Part shown: positions 13,170-24,120 of the stretch, piece after piece | How positions within the stretch are numbered: position 1 is the stretch's first letter | Layout: every line of letters begins with the position of its first letter | Assembly: GCA_964016885.1 (NCBI GenBank) | Contig: OZ024755.1 | Location: 25,978,001-26,042,000, forward strand | Reading direction: 5' to 3' | Source of the DNA: Eledone cirrhosa | Taxonomy: Eukaryota | Length of the DNA stretch: 64,000 nt | Program-made: the position numbers and the translations under genes | The notes under the pieces: model-generated | The model's input: the letters and a program-made list of their open reading frames with translations, nothing else | Told to the model about the DNA's origin: nothing | The model's database searches: none

Positions 13170-14415
13170 ATGCCTGGTGAAGTGAAACTGAAATTAGACA
13201 TTCTTATAGTGGAGCAGGCAGTATAGGAAGGTGTCACAGCTAGTGACTTGCATTAACAGTATTGTCATCAACAGGTAGTATAGGAAGGTGTGACAGCTAG
13301 TGACTTGCATTAACAGTATTGTCATCAACAGGTAGTATAGGAAGGTGTGACAGCTAGTGACTTGCATTAACAGTATTGTCATCAACAGGTAGTATAGGAA
13401 GGTGTGACAGCTAGTGACTTGCATTAACAGTATTGTCACCAACAGGTAGTATAGGAAGGTGTGACAGCTAGTGACTTGCATTAACAGTATTGTCATCAAC
13501 AGGTAGTATAGGAAAGTGTGACAGCTAGTGACTTGCATTAACAGTATTGTCATCAACAGGTAGTATAGGAAAGTGTGACAGCTAGTGACTTGCATTAACA
13601 GTATTGTCATCAACAGGTAGTATAGGAAAGTGTCACAGCCAGTGACTGGTATTAACAGTATCATCAACAGCCACTATGGCAAAGGGGACATCTTTGAAAG
13701 AAGCAATTTTAGAGATGGTGATCATCATTTTATGTCTGCTTTCCAGTTTGGCACGGGTTGTCACATTCTGAGAACAATGCAAGAGAAGTTCTTAGTAAAT
13801 CACTTTGCCTAGTATTCGTTAATCTGGAGAAGGCTGCTGACAGAGTATCAGGTTCTGTGGTCTGGTGAGTGCAGTGCAAGCCATGTACAGTGGTGCCATC
13901 AATAAAGAGAGAAAGCTGGCTCTAAGTTTAGTTAAGAATGTAATGTACAGGTGAGCATTTATCATGGTTTCGTTCCTGTTTATTGTTGGCAACAAAGGGA
14001 TTCTCTTTCTGAGTCTGTGATGCTTCTGTACATAGGTTAGAACTGGATGGTTGAAAGATGAGGACACTGAATATAGAATATTTGCAAAAACTGGAAATAA
14101 ATGCAGGTAAACTCTGCTGGATGTGTAATGTGTAATGAGCATAGACAATGAAACAGAGATGAGCTGAGAGAAAACCTGGGTGTAAGAGGAATTGGTGTGA
14201 TGTGCAAGAGAGAAGGCTGCACTGGTATGGACATGTAATGTGTATAGAAAATGAGAAGTAAAGAACTTACAGGAGATTCTAGTGGAAGGAAAACAAGGGT
14301 TGAAGTATAGATGCTGAACTGCACAAATAAATGCTGGTGATGTGTTGTTTTGGAGAGGACTGGTCCAACCCATGCAAGTATAGAAGGGCAGATATGAAAA
14401 TGAGGATGGTGATAT
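13170..14415 (+). mobile_element. Decayed RTE LINE containing an internal 57-bp minisatellite
   Basis: YGKGDIFERSNFRD, RTMQEKFL, remnants of the RRLRWYGHV motif, and the RTE 3' tail AACCCATGCAAG...GATGGTGAT. Confidence 0.75.
13215..13668. repeat. 57-bp minisatellite, about 8 near-identical copies
   Basis: CAGGTAGTATAGGAAGGTGTGACAGCTAGTGACTTGCATTAACAGTATTGTCATCAA. Confidence 0.97.
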
Positions 14416-14603
14416 GTATATCATCATCATCCTTTTTATGTCAGCTTTTCCATGCAAGCACGGAAAAGCATATATACTAAACCATATCTGTATACAAGCA
14501 ATACAGATTTTCACCAAAGCTGTGAGAAATATGTATATAAACATGTCGGATTTATGTATATCTATTTTATTTACACATTTCTCCATAGATTGAAAAAAAA
14601 TGA

Positions 14604-14653
14604 ACAACTTGACCAGAGTTTCAGTTCTTGGTGAGACCATCATCAGAAACTAT
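14604..14653 (-). ncRNA. Partly decayed minimal hammerhead motif
   Basis: Minus strand: AUAGUUU-CUGAUGA-UGGUCUCACCAAGAACU-GAAA-CUCUGG-UC-AAGUUGU. Stem I contains G-U pairs. Confidence 0.55.
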
Positions 14654-15540
14654 CTACATTTCTCACAGTTCACAGAGAATTACTTAACTAAAAACTGTAT
14701 ACACCCATCAATTGTGGCAGAAACAGAGAACTGGATCTGTTAATTTGTATAATTTTATTGCTTATGGTGTTAACTAATTCATCTTTATAATAAATTGTGT
14801 ACAAAATACCTGAAGTATACTATATAGACATATCTGTATAATATCCGTAAACAAATGCTACAAGTTTGAATTGAAGCTGTGAGAAATGTAGAAGTATTTT
14901 ATACATACACTAACATTACCCAAAATATTTTAATAGAAAAAACTTTGCTCTCAGATCATGACATTCTCTGTAGCCTGCAATTTCAACAACCAAGGGTTAA
15001 ACCTAATGAACTTTCTCCAGTCCACCCATTTCATACATGGATCTTCACAATGTAAACTTGAATGCAATAATTACTTGCATTTTGTCAGCTATTTTTAGAA
15101 TCTGTTACAAATATATGCTCAAGCCACATTCCATCATTGTCTGTGCAGGTTCCCAATAGAGAAAAAAACTCTCAGTAGAAAAATAAAAAGACTTAATTTT
15201 AAAAAATCAACCAACTAAAATATTGCTGACAACAATGCCCCACTTCAATTATTATTGCATTGCTTGAATAAAAAATACATAATCTTTAAAGCTGCAACAA
15301 TAACCAAAGAACAGTTGAAGATGACTGGGCCATTGAGAAAATTAAACTCAATCCCAAAGTGTTGGTGATCTACATGATAAATGCACCCAGTACACGCTGT
15401 AAAGTACTTGGTGATAGGAAGATCATCCAACTGTAGAAAACCTGCCAAACAAAGGGTTCAGAGGACCCTCCATATGTATATGTATGTAATATACACATAT
15501 ATGTGTGTATATATATATATCTCTCTCTATTTATATATGT

Positions 15541-16590
15541 ATCATCATCATTGTTTTTATGTCCGTTTTTCCACATTCGCATGGGTTGGATGGGTCCTTT
15601 TCAGCACAGCATCTCTCCACTTGCAGCATTCCTTCATTATCTCCTCTGAGAGTCTCAGCAATTTATGATCAGCGCTCACTACCTCTGCCCAGGTCTTCCT
15701 TGGTCTATCTTTACTACAGCTTCCTTCCACTGGGATTTCCTAGCACTTCTTCATTCAACGATCATGCACATTAAATGTCTATACCAACGCAATCTTCTCT
15801 CTTGCACATCACTTTGGATTCCTCTTAGATCCAGTTTCTTCCTCGGTTCATCAAAGCTCTTTCTTTCTCTCACACTTACATTGCACGTCCAACAAAGTAT
15901 GGTTGCTTCATTTCTCTCCAGCCTACGCATCTCCTCTGCAGTCACTGTCTATGTTTCACTTCCATGCAGCATTGCACTTTGTGAACAAGCATCATGCAGC
16001 TGTCCTTTTGTATGTAGAGAAAAACTTTTGTTGTCAACAGTGGGAGTAGCTCTCTAAAATTCTTCCATCCTATCCTTATTTTAGTTATTATACTTGCGGA
16101 GCACTCTCCTCAGCTGCTAATTGGGTCACCTAGGTAGCAGAAGCTATCAACCACTTTTATGGATCCTTCTTGTGATTAGTAAAGGTTTTTATCACTGATG
16201 CTCTTCCTGTTAGTCTACCTGATAATACCACTACATCTCTTGTGTATCCAAGATTTACATTGTGTATATCAGAGTTTATATGTACTCCTTTTCTACATAT
16301 TGAGCAGGGCCAGCTCTTTAGTTTTGGCTAAGTTTACTCAGGTCTTTTGATTCTAAATCCTATTTCCATAGTCAGAACTTATTCTCTAGTTCTTGTTTGG
16401 ATTCAGCTATAAGGACCAAATCATCTGCATGGAGAAGTTCCTGTGAACAGCCAGTTTTCAACTCCTCTGTTATGACCTGGAGAACTATGATAAACAGTAG
16501 TGGGCTGAGAACTGAGCCTTGATGAACTCCTACCTGTACCTTGAATTCCTCAATAAACTCACTGCCTACTCTCACTTTAGACAGCTAGTA
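15541..16590 (-). mobile_element. RTE LINE 3' fragment
   Basis: VGVHQGSVLSPLLFIIV, LLHADDLVLIAES, ERRLRWYRH, (CAT)n tail. Confidence 0.88.
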
Positions 16591-17083
16591 GCTGAACTCT
16601 TCATCAAGAGTGTTGGTTTTGGAAAGAGTGATGGAATATATGTCTTTATAGGTGCATGTTGGTACATCACCACTCTCTTTTTCAGGCTGATTGTGAGCCC
16701 AATCTCATTGCATGCTACCAAGAAACAGTTCATCAGAAATTGATGGTCTTCTTCCCTGTGGTTAACAAGATCACAGTTGTCTGCATACAGAAGATTATGT
16801 ATCAGTGCAATGTATGTTTTTGATGCAGCAAGGAATTGTCAGATGTTAAAGAGCCTTGTTGTTCGATAACATATATGATGATGAAGATTTATTATTAACA
16901 CAGATTAACCATTTAGCATTTAAACCAGCCACATCTGGCCAGAATTCTCTCATCTCTTTCTGTTCAAATCAGCTGTAACTGGCCACTTATAGTTATGTTA
17001 AGGTGTCGTTCTCAAAATAAATAATATAAAAATCTCATAGATTCGATATTATGTGAGGTGAAGTCTTTACCATGAAAATATAA

Positions 17084-18206
17084 TCTATACATATATTTAA
17101 AACTGTAGTTATCTGTGTGTGTGTCCTCATTTTTGCAAAGTCTACAAATCCACATTTCTACTCCGATTGACTTCAAACTTTATATATTCCTTGCGGTCTA
17201 AAGATATTAACTGCAGCTTTTATTTTTCAATTTTCTGTTGTTAAAGGGGTGTTAGGCGCCGGTTATCGATCTCCGTCGCGCCCTTATAATATGTCTATGT
17301 CTGGCTGTCTGCATTATGACAAACATTGATGACGTATTATGTTCGCTATTTTCCGTTCATTGCCAGGGAACGTCTTCATGAACCAAAGTATCGTCCTCCT
17401 GTTTTCCTTCGGTTGCAACGTTTTTCGAAATATTTACTTCTGCGTTCACAGATTGTTCCTGTTAAGGATGAAAGCAGCGATTCTTTGCTTAAACTTTAAT
17501 CTGTTATTTTAATATATAATATAAGCGAGACAAGCCAGCCAGTTGCCACTTCTTGCCAATAAACATTAACCCTTTGTGCGCCATTCATCTAACTGTAGAC
17601 CAACTAAACGGAGTGTTGACAAGAACGATGGCAAATGAATCTTCGAGGTAAGCAGTTTCCTTCCGAGTTGTTATTTCACGCTGGATTATCTGCTACACCT
17701 TTTCGTAATAATACCGAACAATGTACTGCTGGTCACTCCTTCCTCCAAAAGCCGTACAAAGCGGACATGTGCATCGGGCAGATGGGTCGGGTGCAAATCT
17801 ACACCAGGCCTACGCGAGAAATTCGCAAGGGACTGCACCGAGAGGGATAGAGAGAAAGAGTAGCTTAGTGGAAAGAGTGCGAATGAACTTTTGAGGTAAG
17901 TAGCCTACGCCTTACTGCTATGACACTGGAACCTTCTGCCAACTTAACCTGTGACTTTCTCTTTCACATTTACTCCAATAGACCAAAACAGAGGAGTATG
18001 AAAAGAAGGGGCTCAACAATATTTCTATGAACAATGCACGTAGACAGCTAAACTGTACTTTCAACTTCTTAATTTTCTCCAAATAAAACAAGTTTCCTGT
18101 TGGTATATTTTTGTGAGTTTTTAACAGGCACTCACAAATAAATGTTTCTCATTGGAGGTGCTATTACCAATGTTCTTACCTGTGCAACGCCGGGATACAC
18201 TGCTAG
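17084..18206 (+). mobile_element. Non-autonomous Helitron inserted in a piggyBac MITE
   Basis: 5' TC after A; 3' hairpin CCTGTGCAACGCCGGG then CTAG before T; no TSD. Removing it restores the MITE sequence TATAA|TAGTAT, as in the uninterrupted copy near 41845. Confidence 0.85.
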
Positions 18207-18799
18207 TAGTATAAATAGAGTAATGCTAAAAGGTTAAAATTTTAAGCAAACAATTTCTGCTTTCACCTTAAGTGGGATCATCTGAAACTGAGAAACATCA
18301 ATCTGTAGATACAGAAGTATATTAAAAGAAAATTTCAACCAAATATTGCCTTTAGAAAATAGAAAGACATAACGGTAGCATGTGAGGATATTCTCTTGAG
18401 ATGAACGAAATGTAATCAAGGTGAATTATGTCATGGTGAAGCAAGAACAAATTCTTGCCAAGGAAAAATCATATTCTTGCTTTGAAAAAATCAGGAGACT
18501 AATATTCTTATGATGTAATTCTCCTTGTATACATTTTGCTCATCTCAAAAGAACGTCATCATGCACAACCATTATTTCTTTCTTTTTTCTAAAGGGAATA
18601 TTTGGTCGTAATTTGTGTTAATAATAAATATTTGCTCTACGGGTTTATATATACTTATATATATATATATACAACCCTTATCGAGTCCTCTCTGGATTTT
18701 GGTCTTTGTATTTATTATTACTATATATATATATATATTATACGTGGGACAAATTCCCACTCACCGGCTGTCTACTGGGAATCATTATGGTTTCGGATG

Positions 18800-19260
18800 C
18801 TTTTAAAAGACATATAGAAGACAGCCAATGAGCTCATGTTATGCAATGGACATATAAGCCCTGTAAACTTCTCAGGGCATTCCAGCTTCAAGAGAATACT
18901 CCAAAGGGATTGCCCATTGACAGTGTTGAAGGCTTTTGTGAGATAAATAAAGCAATTGTACAGATCAAACTGTTGCTTCTTACACTTCTGCATCTATTGT
19001 GCAGTGAAGATGATATCTGCAGTGTCCCGATATGGACGGAAGCCACACTAAGATTCCAGAATAATAGGTGCAACATGCATTCGCAAACAATGAATCCTGG
19101 CAAAGATTTTACTACCAACTGATAGTAAAGAGATCCCACAGTAATTGTCACAAACATCTTTGGTTCCCTTCAAGAGAGAGATGAGAATGGCATCCTTCCA
19201 GCCCTGTGGGACTGCATCCTTAACCACACCTGGTGGTGTATGCAACAGATGCATCCGTAG
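18800..19260 (-). mobile_element. LINE RT fragment of a second RTE-like family; probably continues at about 16600-16870
   Basis: WKDAILISLLKG..DVCDNYCGISLLSVGSKIFARI, FIYLTKAFNTV; LLYADN near 16780. Confidence 0.8.
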
Positions 19261-19311
19261 ATGGTATGCCGGTTGAGCACTCGATGCTTCTGCAGAACGG
19301 AGTATAATACA

Positions 19312-19570
19312 AAGATAAGGAACAAGGATTCAGTGTTGCATCATAACATATTAGATATGTTTCACTATCGATCAGCTCGAGGCAAGACCTATTATAGATC
19401 GAACCTGACTCTGTAATCGAAAGGTCGTCAGATATGCTTAGTATATGAATTTGTCTCCGATTCTCAGAATCAGGTTCAGGTTCGATCTATAATAGGTCTT
19501 GCCTCGAGCTGATCAATAGTGAAACATGTAATATGTTATGATGCAACACTGAATCCTTGTTTCTTATCCT
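19312..19570. repeat. Fold-back element with arms of about 95 bp, containing a hammerhead motif (19347-19436, minus strand)
   Basis: Arms 19312-19408 and 19476-19570 are near-perfect reverse complements. Minus strand reads CAUAU-CUGACGA-long stem II-GAAA-CAUAUC-UA-AUAUG. Confidence 0.8.
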
Positions 19571-19779
19571 TATAGTATATATATATATATCAAGTTTAAT
19601 ATAGAAATGGCTTCTTCAGGACTAAAACTGTTGAATAGAAATGAATAGAAATCATGACTGCCATTGAATGAAATAGTTCTTGTCTCGTAAAAGCCATTTC
19701 TATATTAATCTTGATGTTTACACTCATCTAATGTATTGAGTACCTTACTAACTGTGGTTATCCCCAGTTGAACCTAGGA

Positions 19780-19815
<36 letters not shown>

Positions 19816-19962
19816 TTGAAGTTGGTAGTTCACCAATGGATAGAACTTTTCATTGTGTGTAGTTAACCATGATACAATATTCGGAAAAGCACTCAACGTG
19901 ACGCAACTCAATCATCTTTGGTGTAAGATTCTGTTGGTGGTGTGCGGACAGAGTTAAATATC

Positions 19963-20290
19963 ATTGAATAAAGTGACAGGAGGCCGTAAAGTTGAAATTC
20001 CTTTAAAGTTTTTATCCTGCAGACACTATATATATTTCAATGGCCAGTAAAATTCCAGTGACATCATCAGGCGAATTGCATAACAGTTATAAAGGAATCA
20101 TGGTAAACACAGACTGTATAATGAGACAGAAATAAAAAAATATATATTTGATTCAGGGATAGCCTACATCCAGATGGTTAGACTGACTTCTCCCGATGAT
20201 GTCGGCCATTGAAATATATATAGATCCTGTCTGCAGAATAAAAATTTTAAAGGAATTTCAACTTTACGACTTCCTGTCACTTTATTCAAT
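19963..20290. repeat. Fold-back element with arms of about 83 bp and degenerate hammerhead cores in both orientations
   Basis: 19963-20045 versus 20204-20290. CTGATGA...GAAATATATATA on minus, CCGATGA...GAAATATATATA on plus. Confidence 0.7.
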
Positions 20291-20949
20291 AATATAATAT
20301 ATATAAGATATATTTATCAAGGGCGGTGCCCCAGCATGGCTTCAGCCGGATGGCTGAAACAGGTAAAAGAGTAATATATAAATATATATATATACATATA
20401 CACAACACACATAACTAATCTTCTTTTTGTCCACTTATTCCTGGGAGAGTCGTGTGAGCAGTGTCCTCAAACACTTGTTCCAGCATGTCGTGTGAGAAGC
20501 AACCGCCCTAATTGATCCAGCTGGATCTCCAAGCGAGACCAGCGAAGCTCATGGATGTTATCCAACTATCTTGTTCTGGGTCTTCTGCCAGTTTGTTTTG
20601 CCTGTAAAATCTGTCGAGTGATTATTTCCTTAGACATTCTAACCACATGTCTGTAGTATTAGAGTTGTGATCCTCTCTGATCTCCGAGCTATGCATTGTA
20701 TTGTATAACGTTACTCTAAAGACCCTTCAGGGGACCCCATTTCGGCTGCTTGTATTCTTTTGATCATTATTCAATATTCATGATTATAGGTAAGAGTTGG
20801 CACAAATACCAAATTGAAGATAGGGAGTTTAGATTTTATGTATGTATTTGTGTGTGTGTGTATATATATATATATCATCGTCATCACCCTTTTACGTTCA
20901 TTCTTCCACGCTAGCATGGGTTATATATGTATATATATATATATATATA

Positions 20950-22201
20950 CAGGGTTTCGGACGATATTTGTTCGCAAGATTACTGTCTAGGAAAAAATAA
21001 AACACTTTTATTTTTTAAGATATATTTATCAAACTTGAGTCAGTTTGGCTTTGATGATGGCTTTAAGGCGGCCTCGGAACCGGCTTTCGTCACTGTCCCC
21101 CGACTTAGGCTCCTAAAGGCACTTGTGATCCTGGCTTTCAGATCGTCTTTCGTATTGCAGCTAGATCTGTTGGTTTCTCGCTCCACTGCGCCCCACACAA
21201 AGAAGTCGAGGGGGTTGCAGTCAGGCGAGCTGGGAGGCCAGATGTCAGGTGAAGTGTGGTCGACGAAGTTCTTTTACAGCCAGGCTTGGGTCTTTCAGCT
21301 GGTATGGCAGGGCACTGAGTCTTGCTGCCACACGTACGGCCTACCTGCAGCTACCTGGTCGATCCAGGGCTTTACTACCTCGCTCAGAACACGGATGTAG
21401 CCATCGGTGTTCAGCTTCAGGCCCTCAGGGAAGAAGTAAGGTGGCACGACGTCACTCTGACTGCTGACGACACCGAAGACCAATGTTATCGCTGGAAACT
21501 TTGTCTGAATGACTCTGGGCACGTCTTTGGATGAGACAACGAGCCACCTGTTGTTCTGGGAGTTGATCTTCTGGTCTTGGCAGAAGTTTTTCTCGTCGGA
21601 GAAAAACCACAGCATGTCTGGCTCCAGTGGGTGTTTCAACTTGTTGATCAGCTTCTTTGTGTGCTTCAGTCGCTTTTCTTGCATTGCCTTTGACAGAAAT
21701 TGTCCATTCCTCATCTTGTATGAAATGTAGCGAATGTCTTCATGTACCACCGGCCTAATGAGCTTTTCACCCACGCCTTTCTCCATTGTAATGGCACGCA
21801 TCGATTTGCTAGGTTCATTGTTGATGATATCCTGAACTTCAGCGACGAACTCAGGCGTTCTGAAGGCGTCAGATCGTCGATCATGTGCTTTCCTCGCTGA
21901 TGTTGCTTCGTTGTCGAATCCTGAATCTTCCAATTCCTTTCAGACCTTTTCCACCATTCTCCTGCTGAAGCTGAGAAAGTCTGAAATTTCCTTATTTGTC
22001 CTCCCGGTGCGGATTCCAAGAAGAACTCCGTGTCTCTTCCACAAATTTGGAGGTTCAAAATTATTCATAATCAATTATTCTGAAAATAAATAATGGAAAT
22101 ATAGTCACTGTTTTTATGAAGACAAGAGTGACAACGGAAGCTAAAAAAATGTGCATAAAAGTAGCAGTTGAAAATTGCAAACAAATATCGTCCACACCCT
22201 G
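20950..22201 (-). mobile_element. Tc1/mariner DD37D (maT) transposon, near full length, with in-frame stops
   Basis: FSDEKNF, NSQNNRW, QQD...WPPSSPDCNPLD (37-aa spacing). TIRs CAGGGTTTCGGACGATATTTGTTCGCAA / TTGCAAACAAATATCGTCCACACCCTG inside (TA)n. Confidence 0.93.
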
Positions 22202-22270
22202 TGTATATATATATATATATATATATCAATGATATTAATAAATGGAAAACTATATTTATAAAACCATATT

Positions 22271-22332
22271 TATTTTATTATATATATTTCGAGGGTACCA
22301 AAAACTTTGGTACGCACTCATCAGATAAAATA
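22271..22332 (-). ncRNA. Minimal type-I hammerhead ribozyme (Penelope pLTR type)
   Basis: Minus strand: UAUUUUAU-CUGAUGA-GUGCGUACCAAAGUUUUUGGUACCCUC-GAAA-UAUAUA-UA-AUAAAAUA. Perfect 8-bp stem I, 10/12-bp stem II closed by G-C, palindromic loop 3. Confidence 0.8.
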
Positions 22333-22629
22333 CAAAATCTGTTCTATAAATACCACAGAAACCAGACCTTATCGGTTCAGGTTACGTTTGGATAGTCTAA
22401 ATTGAAGGATGAGTATTTAAACTTTATTTTATTCAGAGTTAAGGCTCTATTGATTTTTTCCCTGGATTTCACAAAATTCTATGGATAAATCTATGTTTTG
22501 ATTCTTTTTGAATTAAGTTTGAATTATTTTCCCACATCTTACGTTAATTATTTTCCAATTTGACGTTATAGTCACTTATATATTATGAAATACTGTTGGC
22601 TTCACGCTCACAATAATTTCTATACTTTC

Positions 22630-22702
<73 letters not shown>

Positions 22703-23657
22703 TAAAATACCGACTGCGGCACCAAGAGAAACTGCTCGATACTCAGAAGAGGATCATCTCTATCTTAAGTATGGTTATTTGGTACCCGGTAAGGGTAATT
22801 AGACTCATACCAACTTGCAATACACACACACACACATATATATAAACGATTTATGTAACATCAGCATCTTTCTTAATGTTATTCTTATACTGAAACTCCA
22901 TCGTAACTACAAACTATAAATGTAGAGAGCTTTCTCCTGCTTGCTCCTGTTTTTACCAAAACAACTTCTACTGAATAAATAAATATATATATATATATAT
23001 TTCTGCAAGTGTCCTGAGGATCAAGCATATATTATATATATTTGACAAAAGACTTCTCACGTCGACTATATATATCCTATTTTTCTATCTCCCTGACTGG
23101 TCAGGGATATAGTCTTGCTTATATGAATTTCTAGGAAATTAAAGTTGCCTCTCGCTCTCACATATAAATACACCTACACTTTATCTCTCCCTCTGTCACT
23201 ATATATGTATATACCTCTTTATTAGTTTCTTTCGCTCTCTTACTTTCCCTCTCACCTTATATCCTACTATCTGTCGCTCCCTCTCACCTCTTGTGTGTCT
23301 TACTCTATCTTTCACTTTCCCCTCTCTACCTATATATATATATTTGTCTTAATCTATCTCTCATTTTCCCCTCTCCCCTCTCTCGCTATCTATATGTCTT
23401 ACTCTATCTTTCATTTCCCCCTCTCCCCTCTTTCTCCCATTTTCCATTCCCCTCTCGTTACATATGTGTGTATCATTCCTCTCTCTCTCTCTACACACAC
23501 ATGTGTGTGTGTGTGTGTCACTTTTCTTTCCTTTCTTTCTACTGTGACTCGAAAACACACGCACACTCTTTCTCTCTCATTCCAATGTTGTCTTTACTGT
23601 GGTACATAATCTCCAGTATTTCATTATATATATATATAGAGTGTGTGGCAAGGAGGA

Positions 23658-23857
23658 NNNNNNNNNNNNNNNNNNNNNNNNNNNNNNNNNNNNNNNNNNN
23701 NNNNNNNNNNNNNNNNNNNNNNNNNNNNNNNNNNNNNNNNNNNNNNNNNNNNNNNNNNNNNNNNNNNNNNNNNNNNNNNNNNNNNNNNNNNNNNNNNNNN
23801 NNNNNNNNNNNNNNNNNNNNNNNNNNNNNNNNNNNNNNNNNNNNNNNNNNNNNNNNN
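23658..23857. other. Assembly gap (200 N)
   Basis: Run of N. Confidence 1.
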
Positions 23858-23899
23858 AAATCCAGTTGTGTTAATTGTCCTTATTACTGAGGTGCCATA

Positions 23900-24078
23900 T
23901 TTAATAAACATTGACCTCTCGTTCTTGATTGTGACCCCTAAACATAAAAATCTTTAAGGAGATCGGGAGGGCCATTGACACGTGTGGCGGTGGTGATGAT
24001 CGATAAAGTAACGTAGACGGCTGGTGGCCTGTTGCTAGGGAGTACTGATACTCATAATTTAATATATACACATACACA

Positions 24079-24120
<42 letters not shown>

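Noticed and set aside
13194-13667. 157-aa ORF with 19-aa repeats
   Set aside because: Antisense reading of a 57-bp minisatellite inside a dead LINE.
13819-14643. 274-aa minus-strand ORF
   Set aside because: Antisense to decayed RTE and repeat sequence, with no recognisable domain.
23013-23050. CTGAGGA-hairpin-CAAAA hammerhead-like string on plus
   Set aside because: GAAA is missing and stems I and III are not convincing.
23291-23957. ORFs spanning X runs
   Set aside because: Artefacts of the 200-N gap and CT/TA low-complexity sequence.
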